Source: Malacoraja senta (Eukaryota). From it: a stretch of DNA of 64,000 bases. The position numbers and the translations under genes were made by a program. The notes under the pieces were generated by a model. That model made no database searches and had not been told where the DNA came from. It saw nothing but the letters and a program-made list of their open reading frames with translations. This document shows positions 37,203 through 51,417 of the stretch, piece by piece. The DNA lies in NCBI GenBank assembly GCA_038087875.1, contig CM075979.1, positions 7,688,001 through 7,752,000 of the forward strand, given 5' to 3'. The first letter of the stretch is position 1. Every line of letters begins with the position of its first letter.

Positions 37203-38445
37203 GATACATAGATACATAGAAAATAGGTGCAGGAGTAGGCCATTCGGCCCTTCGAGCCTGCACCGCCATTCAATATGATCATGGCTGATCATCCAACTCA
37301 GTATCCCGTACCTGCCTTCTCTCCATACCCCCTGATCCCCTTAGCCACAAGGGCCACATCTAACTCCCTCTTAAATATAGCCAATGAACTGGCCTCAACT
37401 ACCCTCTGTGGCAGAGAGTTCCAGAGATTCACCACTCTCTGTGTGAAAAAGTTTTTCCTCATCTCGGTCTTAAAGGATTTCCCCCTTATCCTTAAGCTGT
37501 GACCCCTTGTCCTGAACTTCCCCATCATCGGGAACAATCTTCCTGCATCTAGCCTGTCCAACCCCATAAGAATTTTGTAAGTTTCTATAAGATCCCCTCT
37601 CAATCTCCTAAATTCTAGCGAGTATAAGCCGAGTCTATCCAGTCTTTCCTCGTTACATTCTCGAACAATTCTATAAGATTCGTCAGACACGATTTACCTT
37701 TCGTAAATCCATGCTGACTTTGTCCAATGATTTCACCACTTTCCAAATGTGCTGCTATCCCATCTTTAATAACTGACTCTAGCAGTTTCCCCACTACCGA
37801 TGTTAGACTAACTGGTCTGTAATTCCCAGTTTTCTCTCTCCCTCCCTTCTTAAAAAGTGGGGTTACGTTTGCTACCCTCGAATCCTCAGGAACTACTCCA
37901 GAATCTAAAGAGTTTTGAAAAATTATCACTAATGCATCCACTATTTCTGGAGCTACTTCCTTAAGTACTCTGGGATGCAGCCTATCTGGCCCTGGTGATT
38001 TATCGGCCTTTAATCCATTCAATTTACCCAACACCACTTCCCGACTAACCTGGATTTCACTCAGTTCCTCCATCTCCTTTGACCCGCGGCCCCCTGCTAT
38101 TTCCGGCAGATTATTTATGTCTTCCTTAGTGAAGACGGAACCAAAGTAGTTATTCTATTGGTCCGCCATATCCTTGTTCCCCATGATCAATTCACCTGTT
38201 TCTGACTGCAAGGGACCTACATTTGTTTAAACTAATCTCTTTCTCTTCACATATCTATAAAAACTTTTGCAGTCAGTTTTTATGTTCCCTGCCAGTTTCC
38301 TTTCATAATCTATTTTCCCTTTCCTAATTAAGCCCTTTGTCCTCCTCTGCTGGTCTCTGAATTTCTCCCAGTCCTCTGGTATGCTGCTTTTTCTGGCTAA
38401 TTTGTACGCATCATCTTTTGCTTTGATACTATCCCTGATTTCCCT
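37203..38445 (-). mobile_element. Young CR1 with a ~0.8-kb internal deletion
   Basis: Near-identical to the 1467-4778 copy but jumps at ~37651 from the C-terminal domain to upstream RT sequence. Confidence 0.92.
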
Positions 38446-40764
38446 CTCAACTCTCTTCCCTCAGCACTATATGTGATACCAGCGCTTTGGTGTAGCTCCT
38501 GTGCTCATAAAATCTCGAAAATATCATTATTTTTGCGGCTGTTTTTTTTACCCTGGTCTCACTTTCACATGATCTACCTTGCGTTCTTCTTTTCCTTTGC
38601 ATTTCTGTCTCCACGTCAGGGGATATGTTGGTGAACAATATTTATTCAAAGTTCATAGACTTCCATTGCTATGCAATACGGACAATATTTTCTCTCTTCT
38701 TTTTTCCTGCAAGGATAGTGTTGCATTCTAGTTTTCCCCTGTTCTGTTGTATCTTCTCTGATTATGAGGCTTTCCACACAGATTCCTCTGAGATGTCTTA
38801 TTTTTTCCCCAACCACTGTTCTCTCTCTACCATTCTTGATAGAACCTGTGTCTGAGACCCACTTTTTGTACATGTATTCTCACACATTCTTCCCCTGGCC
38901 AAAGTAAGGATAGTATTGCCTTCGTCCTCACCTTCCACTTAGTTTAGTTTAGAGATACAGCATGGAAATAGGTCCTTCAGCAAACCGAGTCCATGCCGAA
39001 CAGCGATCCCCGCACACTAATGCAATGCTGCACACATACTAGGTACAATTTACAAATATACCAAGCTTATTAACCTACAAACCTACTACATTGCTAGATT
39101 CCATGAGGACTGCAATGACTAACAGGAAGTTTACAATCTCGTAGTTGAATATGCTTGTGCCAAAATCCAGAATCTGGGTTGGAGTTGGCAGCAGAAACTT
39201 AGAAATTACATTAATTTAAGATTATCCTTCAGAAATTTCAAAATATTTGTTTGCTTTTGGATACCGGCAGCCTCTAGAGTATTGAGGAGAGCAGCTATAA
39301 ATACATTTAATAAGAAACTACCACAGTGGCAATTGTTATAGCAAATAATCAAGCTCCACTTCATCAAATACTAATTACATTGTCATGTCCCTTTTCAAGA
39401 AATATCATCAGTGTGTGCAAAATTACCATGCACCTACACTGTTGTCAAGTTTGAGTGTTCAGTCCAGACAATATAATGGATCTTTACTGTTAGTATGTTG
39501 ATTGATTGACATTTCTTTTCTTTGGTTAGCTGAAGGCGGACAAAATTCATTGGGTTTTTTAGGTTTAATTCAATGTGCCGTATCTTTGGAACTGCTTGTG
39601 GCATGCATAAAGTTCATTTTGGGAACTGTTAAAATCATTACTGCATTCAGTAAGTGAAGGTAATAAAATTAAAGGTTTTTAATTATAGTGCACTTGCTCT
39701 GATTGGAGAAAATGAATTAGCCTACTATCCTGCAATTTGAAATGATTGCGAAATGATCGTTACACAAATTCGCAGAGCAGAAGGCGGTGAATTATATTAT
39801 TGACCGTGCCTGTAAATGTTAATGAGTGGCAGAATCCTGATTCATAGATATGTTAACTTTGGCCTCTCTATTTTCTACACCCTCTTTTACACAATGTAAC
39901 AATTTTTTGTATTGTAAATTTACTTCTATGTTCTGTCACAACGGCATCATATTTGTGAATTTTAAGGCAACCAAATTAAACTCATCCTTGTAATAATCCC
40001 TGCTGGCATATTTTATTTGTGCAGACTTGATTCTTGGCCACAACACACACAGCCGGCTTGAATTGTGTGGTGGTGTCATGATAGACCAGTGGCTGGCTTG
40101 GCTTCATGTGGAAAAGGATAGATCCATGGTGTTTTCACATGATGCAAGTATGTTTCACATGTACATGTACAAATGCAGTTCTTGTAATGGAGATACTCCC
40201 ACAATACTATTGTGGAGCAAATCTCAGCATTTCCTGTTGGACTACATGTTTCTCAGACTTCAGGAAAACAGTGAAGGGAGCTGCATAATTAGAAGAATAT
40301 TTGAGGCAGGAAGTTGGTGTTTTGCCCTCGTATGTTTTCAGAAGTAAGACTGTCAAAAATGTGGAATTATTATGTGTGACAATAATTCTTGCAGTTTGCA
40401 CGGTAAAAGAAAACAGTCTTTCTGTCTTTCAGCCTCAGTGGCAGGCTGTGCGATGAAATATGGTTGGATTATTTAAAATGTGAAAAATAATGAAGGTATT
40501 TTTAAAAAGGCAGAAGCAACAGTGTTTGTTCTTCTGAGGTAAGGGTGAATTTGGAGAAAGAAAATTAAGTGGTTGAGTGAATTCGGAGAAGAAGCAGATG
40601 TGAAGGCCTATTGGTTAGTATGTTGGCCGTGTGACATTGTCCTCCCACTTAGAAAGCGATTAGATTTATTGCTCAGTAGGAGACACGATAATCTGACCAT
40701 TCAGTGTCATAGTGTATCCCAGGTGGTTATTTTCTCTATTCTCTAAACTCAAGGCATTTTTTCC

Positions 40765-40970
40765 ACTTTTGCATCCATACCCTACACATTAACGGCAATT
40801 TACAAAGGCCAATTAACCTACAAACCCGCATGACTTTAGGATGTGGGAGGAAACGATCACCCGTGGGAAACCCATGTGGTCACAGGGAAAACAACACCCA
40901 AAGTCAGGGTCGAACCCAGGCCTCTGGTGCTGTGAGGCAGCAGCTCTGCCAGCTGTGACACTGCGTCACC
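40765..40970 (-). mobile_element. HE1-type SINE (decayed)
   Basis: tgtgggaggaaac core; gggtcgaacccagg B-box; ctgtgaggcagcagctct head. Confidence 0.7.
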
Positions 40971-43339
40971 GAGGGTATTAGCTAATGAAAGTTTCAAACA
41001 AACTTGGATTATTTTATCTGGACAGGTCGAAGGCTGAGAGGGAGACCTCGTAGACATTTATAAAATTATGAGAAACAACGTAGACAATCGCTGCCATTAC
41101 CTCGGGGTGGAAATGTCAAACATTGAAAGGAATAGCTTTAAGGTGAGAGGAAGATAGTTTAATGGATATGTGCTCAGCAAATCCTTTACACAGAGAGTGA
41201 TGGGTGCCAGGAGTGGCAGTGGTTGAAGCAGATATAACAGTGATGTTTAAAAGGCTTTTAGATAACACATTAATAAGCAGGGAATGGAAGGGTATGGAAC
41301 ACATACTCGCAGTAGGGATTAGTTAATTTGGCATCATGTTCAGCACAGACATCATAGGTCGGATGACCTCTCTTGTTTGCATTCATTTATACTGGTCGCT
41401 TGTGCATCTTCCGATTCCCTTCCCCCAACCCCTGTAAATTGTATCTTCTGCTGAATTGACCCAAAGCTCTGGCATGTCCACTGTAAACCCTTCCACCTAA
41501 CTGTTCCTTTAAGAACTTCCTAATGATCCTATTTTATGTCATTTTGAGTACCCCAGCTAATTGCCTTGGCTTTGATTTCCTTAAAATGAATTTATGTAAT
41601 ACTGCTGTGGTTTTTTTTTCTGTATTATGTAGGTTCATTATAAATGTCAGTCATTTTTATTGTTGATCCAGAATACTTCCCAAATGGCTATTTTGCCAAA
41701 ATGTATAATTGCTGGAAGAAAATTATTAATGTCAATTTTTTTGCTTTGGAAAATGGAGAGGACCAAGTTGGTAGGAAAGAACTGCAGATGCTGCTTGTCC
41801 CGGTGAGTACTCCAGCATTTTGTGTCTACCTTTGGACCAAGTTGGTATCTCCCTTCAATAGGAAGAGCTGATAGCCCACTCTATAATTCTCTGCTAGATA
41901 TTGGATGCCGTCTGTGACGGAGGGTTGTCATTGTCCACCGACTCTGGGTGGACAAGAGGATGGGGACTGGACTTTGTGCCTTCCCCACAGTGGGAACCAT
42001 TGTGGGGGGATGTTTTTGTGTTGAACTTCTTTTTGAACACTATGTTGTATTTTTATTAGTGTGCTGCAAGGACATCTTAATTTCCCCTGAATAAGGGGAT
42101 TAATAAAGTCTTATCTTATCTTATCTTATCTTATCTTACTTGGTGAAGGTGCATAACCTTCATTTCCTTCAGTTATAGCTACCCAATCCAGTGTTAGGTT
42201 GTGTACATTGTTTACAACAACGCTTGTGGTGAATCATGATAACAATAATCACTATCACTTCATAGGGATCATCAGCAGTGACCCTGTTTGACAATATTTG
42301 CTGTAGATTGGTAAAGGGTTGAATGTTTATTGTTGTGGGTCTGTTTCTTTTGTTTTTACTTCCTCTACTGCCTTCTCAGTAATTTATTCTGCGCTGTAAA
42401 CCTCTTGTGCACAGCACTTGAGCTTTAAAAAAATCACATTTAGTTTCCAAGTCTCGATTTCTTTATGGAAGCCTCTGATCGATGAACAGTTTGTTATATC
42501 CTGGGTGGTTCTTCTTCCTCTTCGACAGTTACTCAGGATTGCTGATGATGTTTTTCTTCCTTGGCTTTGTGGATTCTGAGACAGATGAGGTGAATGTAGG
42601 AACCACTGACTCTTTTGCAAATCGTGCAGCTAGTGCCTGACATGGTCGATAGTTTGTGAGATAGTGTGCCCCGTCTACTATTCGTCCGGTATATGTCTGT
42701 TCTAATGCATGGACACGGTTCTCATTATAAATCCACTTTTTCCCCCATGTTAAGAGGTCAGAAATTCCCAGGAGTCTGTGATGATTTGCCTAGGTGAGGT
42801 CTGCTATATGATTTTACTTGGTTGTATGCAAAACAAAGCATTTCACTGTACCTAGGTACATGAGACAATAAAGTATCTGAATCGTTGAGGGTGGTGACAT
42901 TGCATTTTTGCAAGGAAGCTCTTTATGCTTAAAACTCTTTCAGCTGAAAATCATGCATTTTGGTCAAATGAGTGATACATCTATTCTGATCAATTCAGTA
43001 GTGAATGCATATTTATGGTATAACTTATAGGGACTGTACCTTTTATGATTGTCATTGCTCAGCTACAAATACAGCAACTAGTGATTAGAAGAATGGGCTG
43101 GCATATTTTGCTCTGCTGCTGCAACTTTCATCTAAGTTGTTTATTTGTCCTTGAAGTTAGAAATGATCCTGATATCACTGGTTACTGTGGTTTTTATGAC
43201 CATGTAATTGGCTAATCAGACCAGCCTATTTTTTTGAACTTTCTGTAATAGCAGCTGCTTTGGGTAATTTACAGTGGCATACTGCTGTTACAAGATCAAT
43301 GCTACTTAGACTTTTGTTCTCTTGTCAGTTTTTGCACAC

Positions 43340-44590
43340 TGAGATATATGAATCAATATTAGACACGGGTGAGGTGCCAGAACACCGGAAGGTGGCTAAT
43401 GTTGTGCTTCTATTTAAGAAGGACTGCAATGAAGAATCTGGGTGTCAAAAATCTGTGGTAGGCAGGTTACTGGAAAGTATTCTGATGGATGAGATATACC
43501 GTATTTCCCGGCGTCCAAGACGCAATTTTTTACTCTAAAATAAGGCCTGAAAATTTACCTGCGTCTTGGAGGCTGAAGGTTAGGCCGAGCAATGCCACTC
43601 TCGTAGCGACTGCTCCGTGGAACCTGCCATGCCTTCGACCCTGGAACTGTGTGAAGTTGGAAGCAGCTGTAAAAGGACAGCACTGCTGGGGGGGGGGGGG
43701 GGGGGGGAAGAGTTCCTTTCCACAGCGTGTGGGAAGTCTGGCCCGGGTCAGCACGGCCTGGGCTGCTCAAAGTAGTAAACTTGGCTGGGCCGCCAGGGGT
43801 ACAGTTGCAGGGAAGGGAAGGAGCGTTGAGAAGGAGGGGGCCGGGGATCATGCCAGCAACTCACTTGCTGGGAAATACGGTATATGCATTTGAATAGACA
43901 GGGGCTGCATAGATAAAGTTAGAATGGCCATTCGGCCCTTCGAGCCAGCACCACCATTCAATATGATCATGGCTGATCATCTGAGATCAGCACCCCATTC
44001 CTGCTTTTTCCCCATATCCCTTGATTCCTTTAGCCCTGAGCTAAATCCATTGCTATTTGTGGATTATATACGATTTGGATGTGAATGTATAAAACATAAT
44101 TAATAAGTTTGCAGATGACTCTGAAGTGGATGATATGGTGGATAGTGAAAATGATTATCAAAAATTACATAAGGATCTTGCTCAGTTGGGCAAGTGGACT
44201 GAGGAATGATTTATGAAGTTTAATGCAGATAAGTACAAGGTGTTGCATTTTGGGAAGTCAAACCAGGGCAGGACCTTCATAGAGAATGGTAGGGCCCAGG
44301 GGAGTGTTGTAGAGCAGAGAGATCTAGTAGTGCAGGTACGTGGTTCCTTGAAAGTGGCGTCACAGGTAGACAGGGTGGTCAAGAAGGCTTTCAGCACATT
44401 GGTCATCATTGAGGGTATTGAGTACAGGCACCTAATGTTTTATTAGAATTCCAAATATGAGAGGGCATAGATTTAAAATGAGAGGGGCAAAGTTCAAAGG
44501 TGATGTGTGGAGGAAAGTTTTTACATAGAGTGGTGAGTGCCTGGAACGTGCTGCTGGGATTGGTAGTTGAAACAGATATGTTTATGGCAT
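43340..44590 (+). mobile_element. Decayed CR1 with nested insertions
   Basis: VANVVLLFKK, VVGRLLESI, aagtttgcagatgac (KFADD), FNADKYKVLHFG. Confidence 0.8.
43499..43880. mobile_element. Short Tc1/mariner-type MITE, same family as 14845-16056
   Basis: TA|CCGTATTTCCC..GGGAAATACGG|TA; shares the agttcctttc..cagcgtgtggg module. Confidence 0.85.
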
Positions 44591-44591
44591 T

Positions 44592-44876
44592 TAGTTTAGT
44601 TTAGAGATACAGCGCAGAAACAGGCCCTTCGCCCCACCGGTTCCATGCCGACCAGCGATCCCCGCACACATTAACAATATCCTACACACACTAGGGACAA
44701 CCTGTATGTCTTTGGAGTGTGGGAGGAAACCGAAGATCTCGGAGAAAACCCACGTGGTCACGGGGAGAACGTACAAACTCTGTACAGACAGCAGCCATAG
44801 TCTGGATCGAACCCAGGTCCCTGGCACTGCAAGAGCTGTAAGGCGGCAACTCTACCGCTGCGCCACAGTGCCGCCC
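44592..44876 (-). mobile_element. Near full-length HE1-type SINE
   Basis: Minus strand GGGCGGCACTGTGGCGCAGCGGTAGAG (A box)..GGTTCGATCC (B box)..CR1-like 3' end and (TAAAC)n tail. Confidence 0.85.
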
Positions 44877-47800
44877 GTTATTTAAGAGACTTTTGGATAG
44901 GCACATGGATATGGTGTGATTTGGATTATGCCTTGGTATCGTGTTTGGCACAGACATTGTGGGCCGAACGGCCTGTTCTTGTGCTGTACTGTTCTATGTC
45001 CTGTGTAGAACTCTATTCACAATCCCCAGCTCCCACGAGCCTCCCATTTTCTTGGTTCCCAGAAAATGTTGCCGTTCCTTTCTGCTGACCTAAACATGGC
45101 ATGAGTCTTGCATTGGCACATGTACAATGGGCACAATGTTATTTTTTCTCAATGTGCTGTAGTTTCCATGATTCAGAAATGGTTCCGTTTGACTTGAAAT
45201 CCACTGTTAGTTACACTTGAATGTGATTTAAAAACTGTTACTTCTTTTGTTCCTTACCATTTTCTTGGACTCAAAAACAAACTAAATGCATATTATTAGC
45301 TCAATTTACAAATCTTCACCCCAATCTGCTGCTGTATTGATGGATATAGTACAGTGTCTGCTCTGGTTAAAGAATGTGAATTGGATTGGCATGTAACAAG
45401 CATTTTTATGAAATTTTGTTAGCAGGTTTGATACGTGCCGAAAACCTGAGTCTCACCATTTTCAGCAATTTAGGTTTGTGTAGGCTTGCATATGCAGCTG
45501 GAACCAGGTGTTAGGAATATGCTTATGTTTGTGGCTCGAGCCAAGGACTGGGAAGAGTGGGCTAGGTATGTGGTTGGACTTGGGAGCTGAAGACTGGGTG
45601 CGTGAATAGGATGAGTGGGTTAGTGATTGAATTGAGAAGAGAGGAGAGGGCAGTAGTCACATGCCTAGGTTCATATGTATGTGTGTACAATGAAATAGTG
45701 CAAGTATGCACCTGCCAGGTGGCACCAATGCGTGTACCCAGCTATGTTTGGGCACAAAACCCCATGCAAAAGAGCCTGGACTCCATTCATCTTGGTCCTG
45801 CTTAGCACTGTTTTGATACCTCGCACTGGTGTGTGACAACTACCCCACATTAAAACAAACATGTACAGGCAATGTTTAATGCATAGCATGAAGTTTAAAG
45901 AGTGTTAGGACCTTCATGGACAATCTCAACAATGATAGACGTTAGGGCAGGTCCACTGGGCAGTTTGAAGAACAAGGTGGTAGCTTCACCACCTTATGGA
46001 AGGGCAAACCATAGGGAGAGGCAATGGGGAAGAACAATGGAGGACCCATTGTGGGGGGACTGCCAGAAGGAGGGGGGGGGGAGGAGAGCATTGGTGGAGC
46101 CGGTGGGGGTACTGTAACTTTATCAGCGCCGTATGTGTCGACTATTTGCATGCCTTGGGTATGAAAGCAAAGAATTTCACTGTGCCTAGTTACATGTGAC
46201 AATAAAGTATTCCATCCATTCCATTCCAAACCGGAAGAGAAATGCCATTTTCATGGAGAGAGTGTTTGCATTAAGAATGTGACGTTTATAAACTCCCTGA
46301 AGTGGTGGAGGCACACCACCTCAAATTACCCAGTGAGGTACCCCTGCCTTATCTGTGCAAGAGCCTACATTTCCCAACTTGGTATATTTTTTGTCAAGTG
46401 TGTTGAAATACAGTAAAAGCTTTTGTTGACATGCTGTCCAATCAAATCAGATAACGTACATGAATACAATCAAGCCGGGCACAAGGACAAGTTAAAGCAA
46501 AGAGAAAAATATGTGAATGCAGAATATAGATTTTCAACATTGTGCCATAACAGTTTTAGAGAAAATATCTGTAAAAATATCTGAGATTGGTTGGAAAATC
46601 ATGACTGAACCTAGCTTATGGAAAGACGGTTCAGAAGTCTGAAAATGGAGGGGAAGATGACATTGGTCTTATTAGCGAGATCTCAATCCACAAAACCAGA
46701 GTATAATTAAGGCCTTGATTTTGAGAGATTGCTGAAGAAGAATAAGAAGAAGAAATGAAATTCCAAGATGAACAAGAAGTTAGAATGGAGGAACACCATG
46801 TACCAGGCAGAAGAAAGAAAAAACATTAATAAAACTGCAGATACTGGAAATCAGCATCTGCATTGTTCATTGTTTCTAACATTTACCTGTCTTCTGAACC
46901 AGGAAAATAATAAAACAAAAAGTAATTTTAAGTTGCAGAGAAGGTGATGAGTTGGAGGGATAGGACAAAGACATTAATTATCATATGGAGGTATAATAAT
47001 TATGTCAAATGGATTAATGGGCCAATCCGGGGGTAATTATGCTGCTTTGTCCATTATGTTGGTTACAGCAGGGATGCAGGATGCATCCAGCATGTCAGGC
47101 TGTACTAATAAAGAGAAAAACTGCAGCAATATCACAGATGGATGACGTACAGCAGATCTAGCCAGTTTTGATACAGGCAGAGAATGCAAGGAGAACATAG
47201 AAATGGGGAGCAGGGAGACCACAGAGGATTTGATGGATTTAACATTCAAAGCCGTGCTTAACAGTTACGGCAGATCTTCATCATTAAGTATGAAGATTAA
47301 GCCAATAATGATGAAAAATGCCTTTGTTGACTCTCTTCATCTTTTAATGCTCTGACAGACTTGGTTGAAGTCTTCTGTGATAAAACCACTACAATTAGGT
47401 GTAATTATCATCACTTCTAGGTGAATTCATGTTTAAGAGCATTATTAAACTCGTGTTCTCATTTTAAGGAAATTAACACTGCAGCGGTTGATTTAAAAGC
47501 AATGCCAAGCTTTTTTTAACCCTGAAAATAATTACCATCTACTGCTCAAATTGTAAATTTGTTTTTATTCACCCTCTTCCTTGCTCAAAGAAAGAGGCCT
47601 TTATTGTGAATGTTCCATCATCTTGACATTTTAAGTGCAAATCATTTTGACAAACTGTTGACGAAGAATGATGGATGTAAACTCTGAATAAAAATCCTTG
47701 GAGGAAAGGGTGAAAATATTTTCCAAGAATATAAACCATTGTATATCTCAAGTTTTTCACGTGTTTTCAGACAAGCCTATTTTCCGATTGTGAAATCTTC

Positions 47801-48361
47801 TCTTGATAGTGCTTTTCTTTGTCATCAATGGCCTTTCTTGATTCCATTCTTAAGCAGTTTTTTTTTAAATATCCAGGCATGGTACAACTGTTTGTAAAAT
47901 TCTAGACGATAACCCATTGAAAAAGTTGCTTTCAAAAATAAATAGATGAGAAAGCTGTAATCCCTTGAATGGCTGAAAAGAAAGCTGCATGTTTCTAAAA
48001 TATAGTCACTCACTGAATGAAACCTGAGTATTGTATTGAACACATTTTATTTTGTGCTCATAAGAAGTGCCTTGAAATGTTTTGCTATGTTAAAGATGCC
48101 AATAACTGCAGATTATTGTTGGGTTTCAAGCAATTCATTATTTTCTTCTTATGTATTCAACCTTGAAATTCGTTAACTTTTCAGTTTAATTGTATCTGTA
48201 CTTTTAAAGTAAACTTAGCGCTTAAACGCTCTTTATGTTTTCGAATGAGAGAGAATTGGATTAGACTTGAGACATTGTGTAGTTTTTCAGAATGTTAATT
48301 AAATGCATATGGAAAAACTTGGACTTAATGTTGATTGGGAAGTTTTCAGCTGAATTACACT

Positions 48362-48940
48362 AACTAGAACATAGAATATAGAACCTTTTCAGCACTGGAT
48401 CATGCCCTGCTGAACATGATGCCAGGTTAACCGAATCTCTTCTGCCTGCATAAGATCAATGTCATTCCATTCCCTGCATATCCTTGTGCCTCCTCTTAAA
48501 TGCCACTGCCATATTTGCTTCCACCATGCCTGGCAGCACTCTGTGTGCAAAAAGTGTGTTACTCTGTGTGTAAAAAAAACATTTGCCAACACACCTGCTT
48601 TAAACTTTGCCTCATTCACCTTAAAGCTATGCCCCCTAGTCTTTGACACTTCTACCCTGAGAAAAAGGTTCTGACTGTCTACCCTATCTATGCCTCTCAT
48701 AATTTTCTGTACCTCTATCAGGTCTCCCTTTGGCCTCCAGTGCTCCAGTGAAAACAATCCAAGTTTGTCAGACCTCTCGTTATGGCTAATATCCCTAAAT
48801 ACTGGCAACATTATGTTAAACCTCGTCTGCACCCCTTCCAAAGCTTCCACATCCTTCCTGTAATGGTGCAACCAGAACTGCGCCCAATACTCCAAATGCA
48901 GCCTGAACAATGTCATACAAAACTGTAACATGACTTGCTG
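48362..48940 (-). mobile_element. CR1 3' fragment (older subfamily)
   Basis: RLHLEYWAQFW, LGLFSLE, SKTRGHS; (TTCTATG)-like tail. Confidence 0.85.
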
Positions 48941-49344
48941 TGGGATTGTGATGGAGTTTATTTCTAGAGGCATGAATAAAAGATGGTCATGAAAACATCC
49001 ATGAGGGAACTCAGAAGTCCATGAGGGAACTAACTAGTGATGTGAACGGGGCATGCTACCACAGGGCCAGTTGGTGAAAATAATACAGCACTTCTGAGGT
49101 TAAACGAGCACAAGAAGTGAAAAGGAATAACTGGGCTATATTGTTAGATTTATGAGCAAAAACGATATATTCTCAAGTGTATATTCAACAATAACCCATA
49201 CATGTAAGAAGCACAACTTTGAAGGACAAATTCACCAGAAGATATAAAATGAGCACTTTCTATTATAATTTTACAATGTTATCAACACTTGCTGTTGGAT
49301 TCTATGTGAATATAAAAAAAATAGGAAAGGATTAATACATCAAT

Positions 49345-50367
49345 TAGCAATGTTACAAAATTTTGAGATTTTAAAAATAAAGTCTGCAATTTATCCCATC
49401 AGATAAAGCATAAAAAGAAGTTTAATTTGACACCTAATTCACTTTCATATCTTCAGTATTAAAAAGGTTATGGCCATTTTCATACTCGGAAATTAGCATC
49501 TTGTTCCCTATTGCTTTTCCATTGACTTAACACAAAAGCTGTGATCGAGGACAGTCAAAAGCCCATAACTTTCTTAAAAATTAAGAGAACTGAAAGAAAT
49601 TTTCAGTTATTATAGATTGAAGCATTCTGAAACAAATATGAAACAATCTTACTTAGAAGACATGAAATTAAAGCATATAATTAGTTAGTTACCTAATTGT
49701 AGCTAATTGCAAAATTCAATTACTAGATCTAAACATCTATCAATTTCTTAAGAATAGATTAACATTTTTAAATAGCCTAAGTGTCCAAATAACATTCACA
49801 CAAGAATTCACAATATAACATAATTTTTAAATCTCATTGTCATGGATTTACAGGCCAAATGGAAGGAATTAAATGTTTAATACCTGTAAATTAATGGGCA
49901 TTTAAATCATTTTGCGAGTGAGGTTTTCTGGAATGCGATCATTTGGAACGTTGATTTGCGGTGAATTTAACCCCGTATCGGCATGAAAAAATCTGCTGTT
50001 AATTCGGGGAATAAAATCACCGTTTCGCATTAACAAATATGAATTAAAGGCTTCTTAAGAAGCACTTTTATACATTAAAATAAACCACTTTCGTTTACCT
50101 GTCCCGTGTGTGAAATCCGTCGGCGTTGACGGCTTCAGAAGCTGATTTTAAAATGACTCCAGCGCTGACATTGTCGATATAATAAAAATAAAAAATACAC
50201 AAAACACCCCTAGGAACGATTTTTCAGCAAATGCTTGTACTCCAACGAAATATAATACAGGACAAGGTAGTTTTAACCCCGCCCCCCCCCTTAAAGGCGC
50301 CAAAATCGCGCACACGGCCAGTGGCAGAATTACAGCGCCGCTGAAGGTAAGTATTGTAACATACCTC
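49345..50367. mobile_element. Probable non-autonomous DNA transposon with imperfect TIRs and a 7-bp TSD
   Basis: ATGTTACAA near the left end and TTGTAACAT near the right end; CATCAAT at 49338-49344 and 50368-50374. Confidence 0.6.
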
Positions 50368-51417
50368 CATCAATGATACTTGTTCTAACCCTAAATGGCT
50401 CAAGCTTAAAGATATATTGCTGACCTCTATTGTGCTGAGAAGCTGAGAAACATTTCTCAACTGTTCCCTGTAGCAAACTTCCAGATTGCAGTTAGTGATG
50501 ACTCACCTCGAAAACAGTATATTTTCCACCAGCAATAAAGCTTCCAGTTGCCTTAAACCCCGTAGAGAATTTGCAGTTCCCAAATGTTTGAGTAACCTAT
50601 TCTAATGTGTAACTGTTTGATTCTTTGTGGTCCAAACTTTCAATCGGGGCAAAGCAAAAAAGGAGTTTTGAGGAAGGGTGTCCCAAAGCCCAATCAGAAG
50701 TGTGTGTTTTAAGTATGATCATTAAGAATATGATTGATGGAATGTTGAGAATAGCTGGCTCTTGTTCTCAAGTAGCTGAAGGTGGTCATTACCCATGGGG
50801 TAGAGTGAATTGAGATGTGCAAAAGGCACTGTTAGAGATCCTCAGTTGGAGGGCAGGAATAGGTTCAAGAATAGCAAAGGCATTGCCATTAAAGGATTTA
50901 AACAAGGTGACAAGGATTTTAAATTTGATGTGATTTGAAATCTAGTTTAGTTGATGTGGGTGATATGTGAGCAGAACTGATGTGGGATAGGTAGACATTG
51001 GTTTTGGATGAGTGCAAATTAAGGCAGCATGTCTGAGTGGAAAGTTTTGCCAGCTAGTTGGATCCCATGCGGTCCAGCTCATTGCTTGAATGCACTTAAG
51101 ATATTTTGATTGGTCACAGAGAAAATCTCAGCAAACTAGGACGAAGCTGAAAAATGAGTTATACCGCTAACTCCATTAGGCACCAACACCAATGTGAAAG
51201 GATATCTGTGTATGTGAGCTCCAGTGTAAATTTACACACATCATTCTTGAAGCTGGAAGCATCTTTGTTTTATCGAAAAATACAAGATTTTGTGGTTTAG
51301 CACTGATGTAGCTGCAATTTTATTTTGCTGCCCTTCGTATTTTCACAGTACTCAGTATAAAATGGCTCGTCAATATGAAGTATAATTGCATTTTGTAATG
51401 TTGATTATGTTTTGTAT

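Noticed and set aside
38447-38873. Possible decayed LINE ORF1 (ISPDVE..QRKRR) on the minus strand
   Set aside because: Similarity too weak to call without a profile search
40433-40538. Exon-like segment with good acceptor and donor
   Set aside because: Stop codons in all three frames; could only be non-coding or a poison exon, with no supporting evidence
42340-42780. Coding-like minus-strand stretch ending near AATAAA (possible second retrocopy)
   Set aside because: No translation matched a protein I recognise; no TSD or poly(A) tail found
44790-44876. tRNA-like A/B box sequence
   Set aside because: Head of an HE1-type SINE, not a tRNA gene
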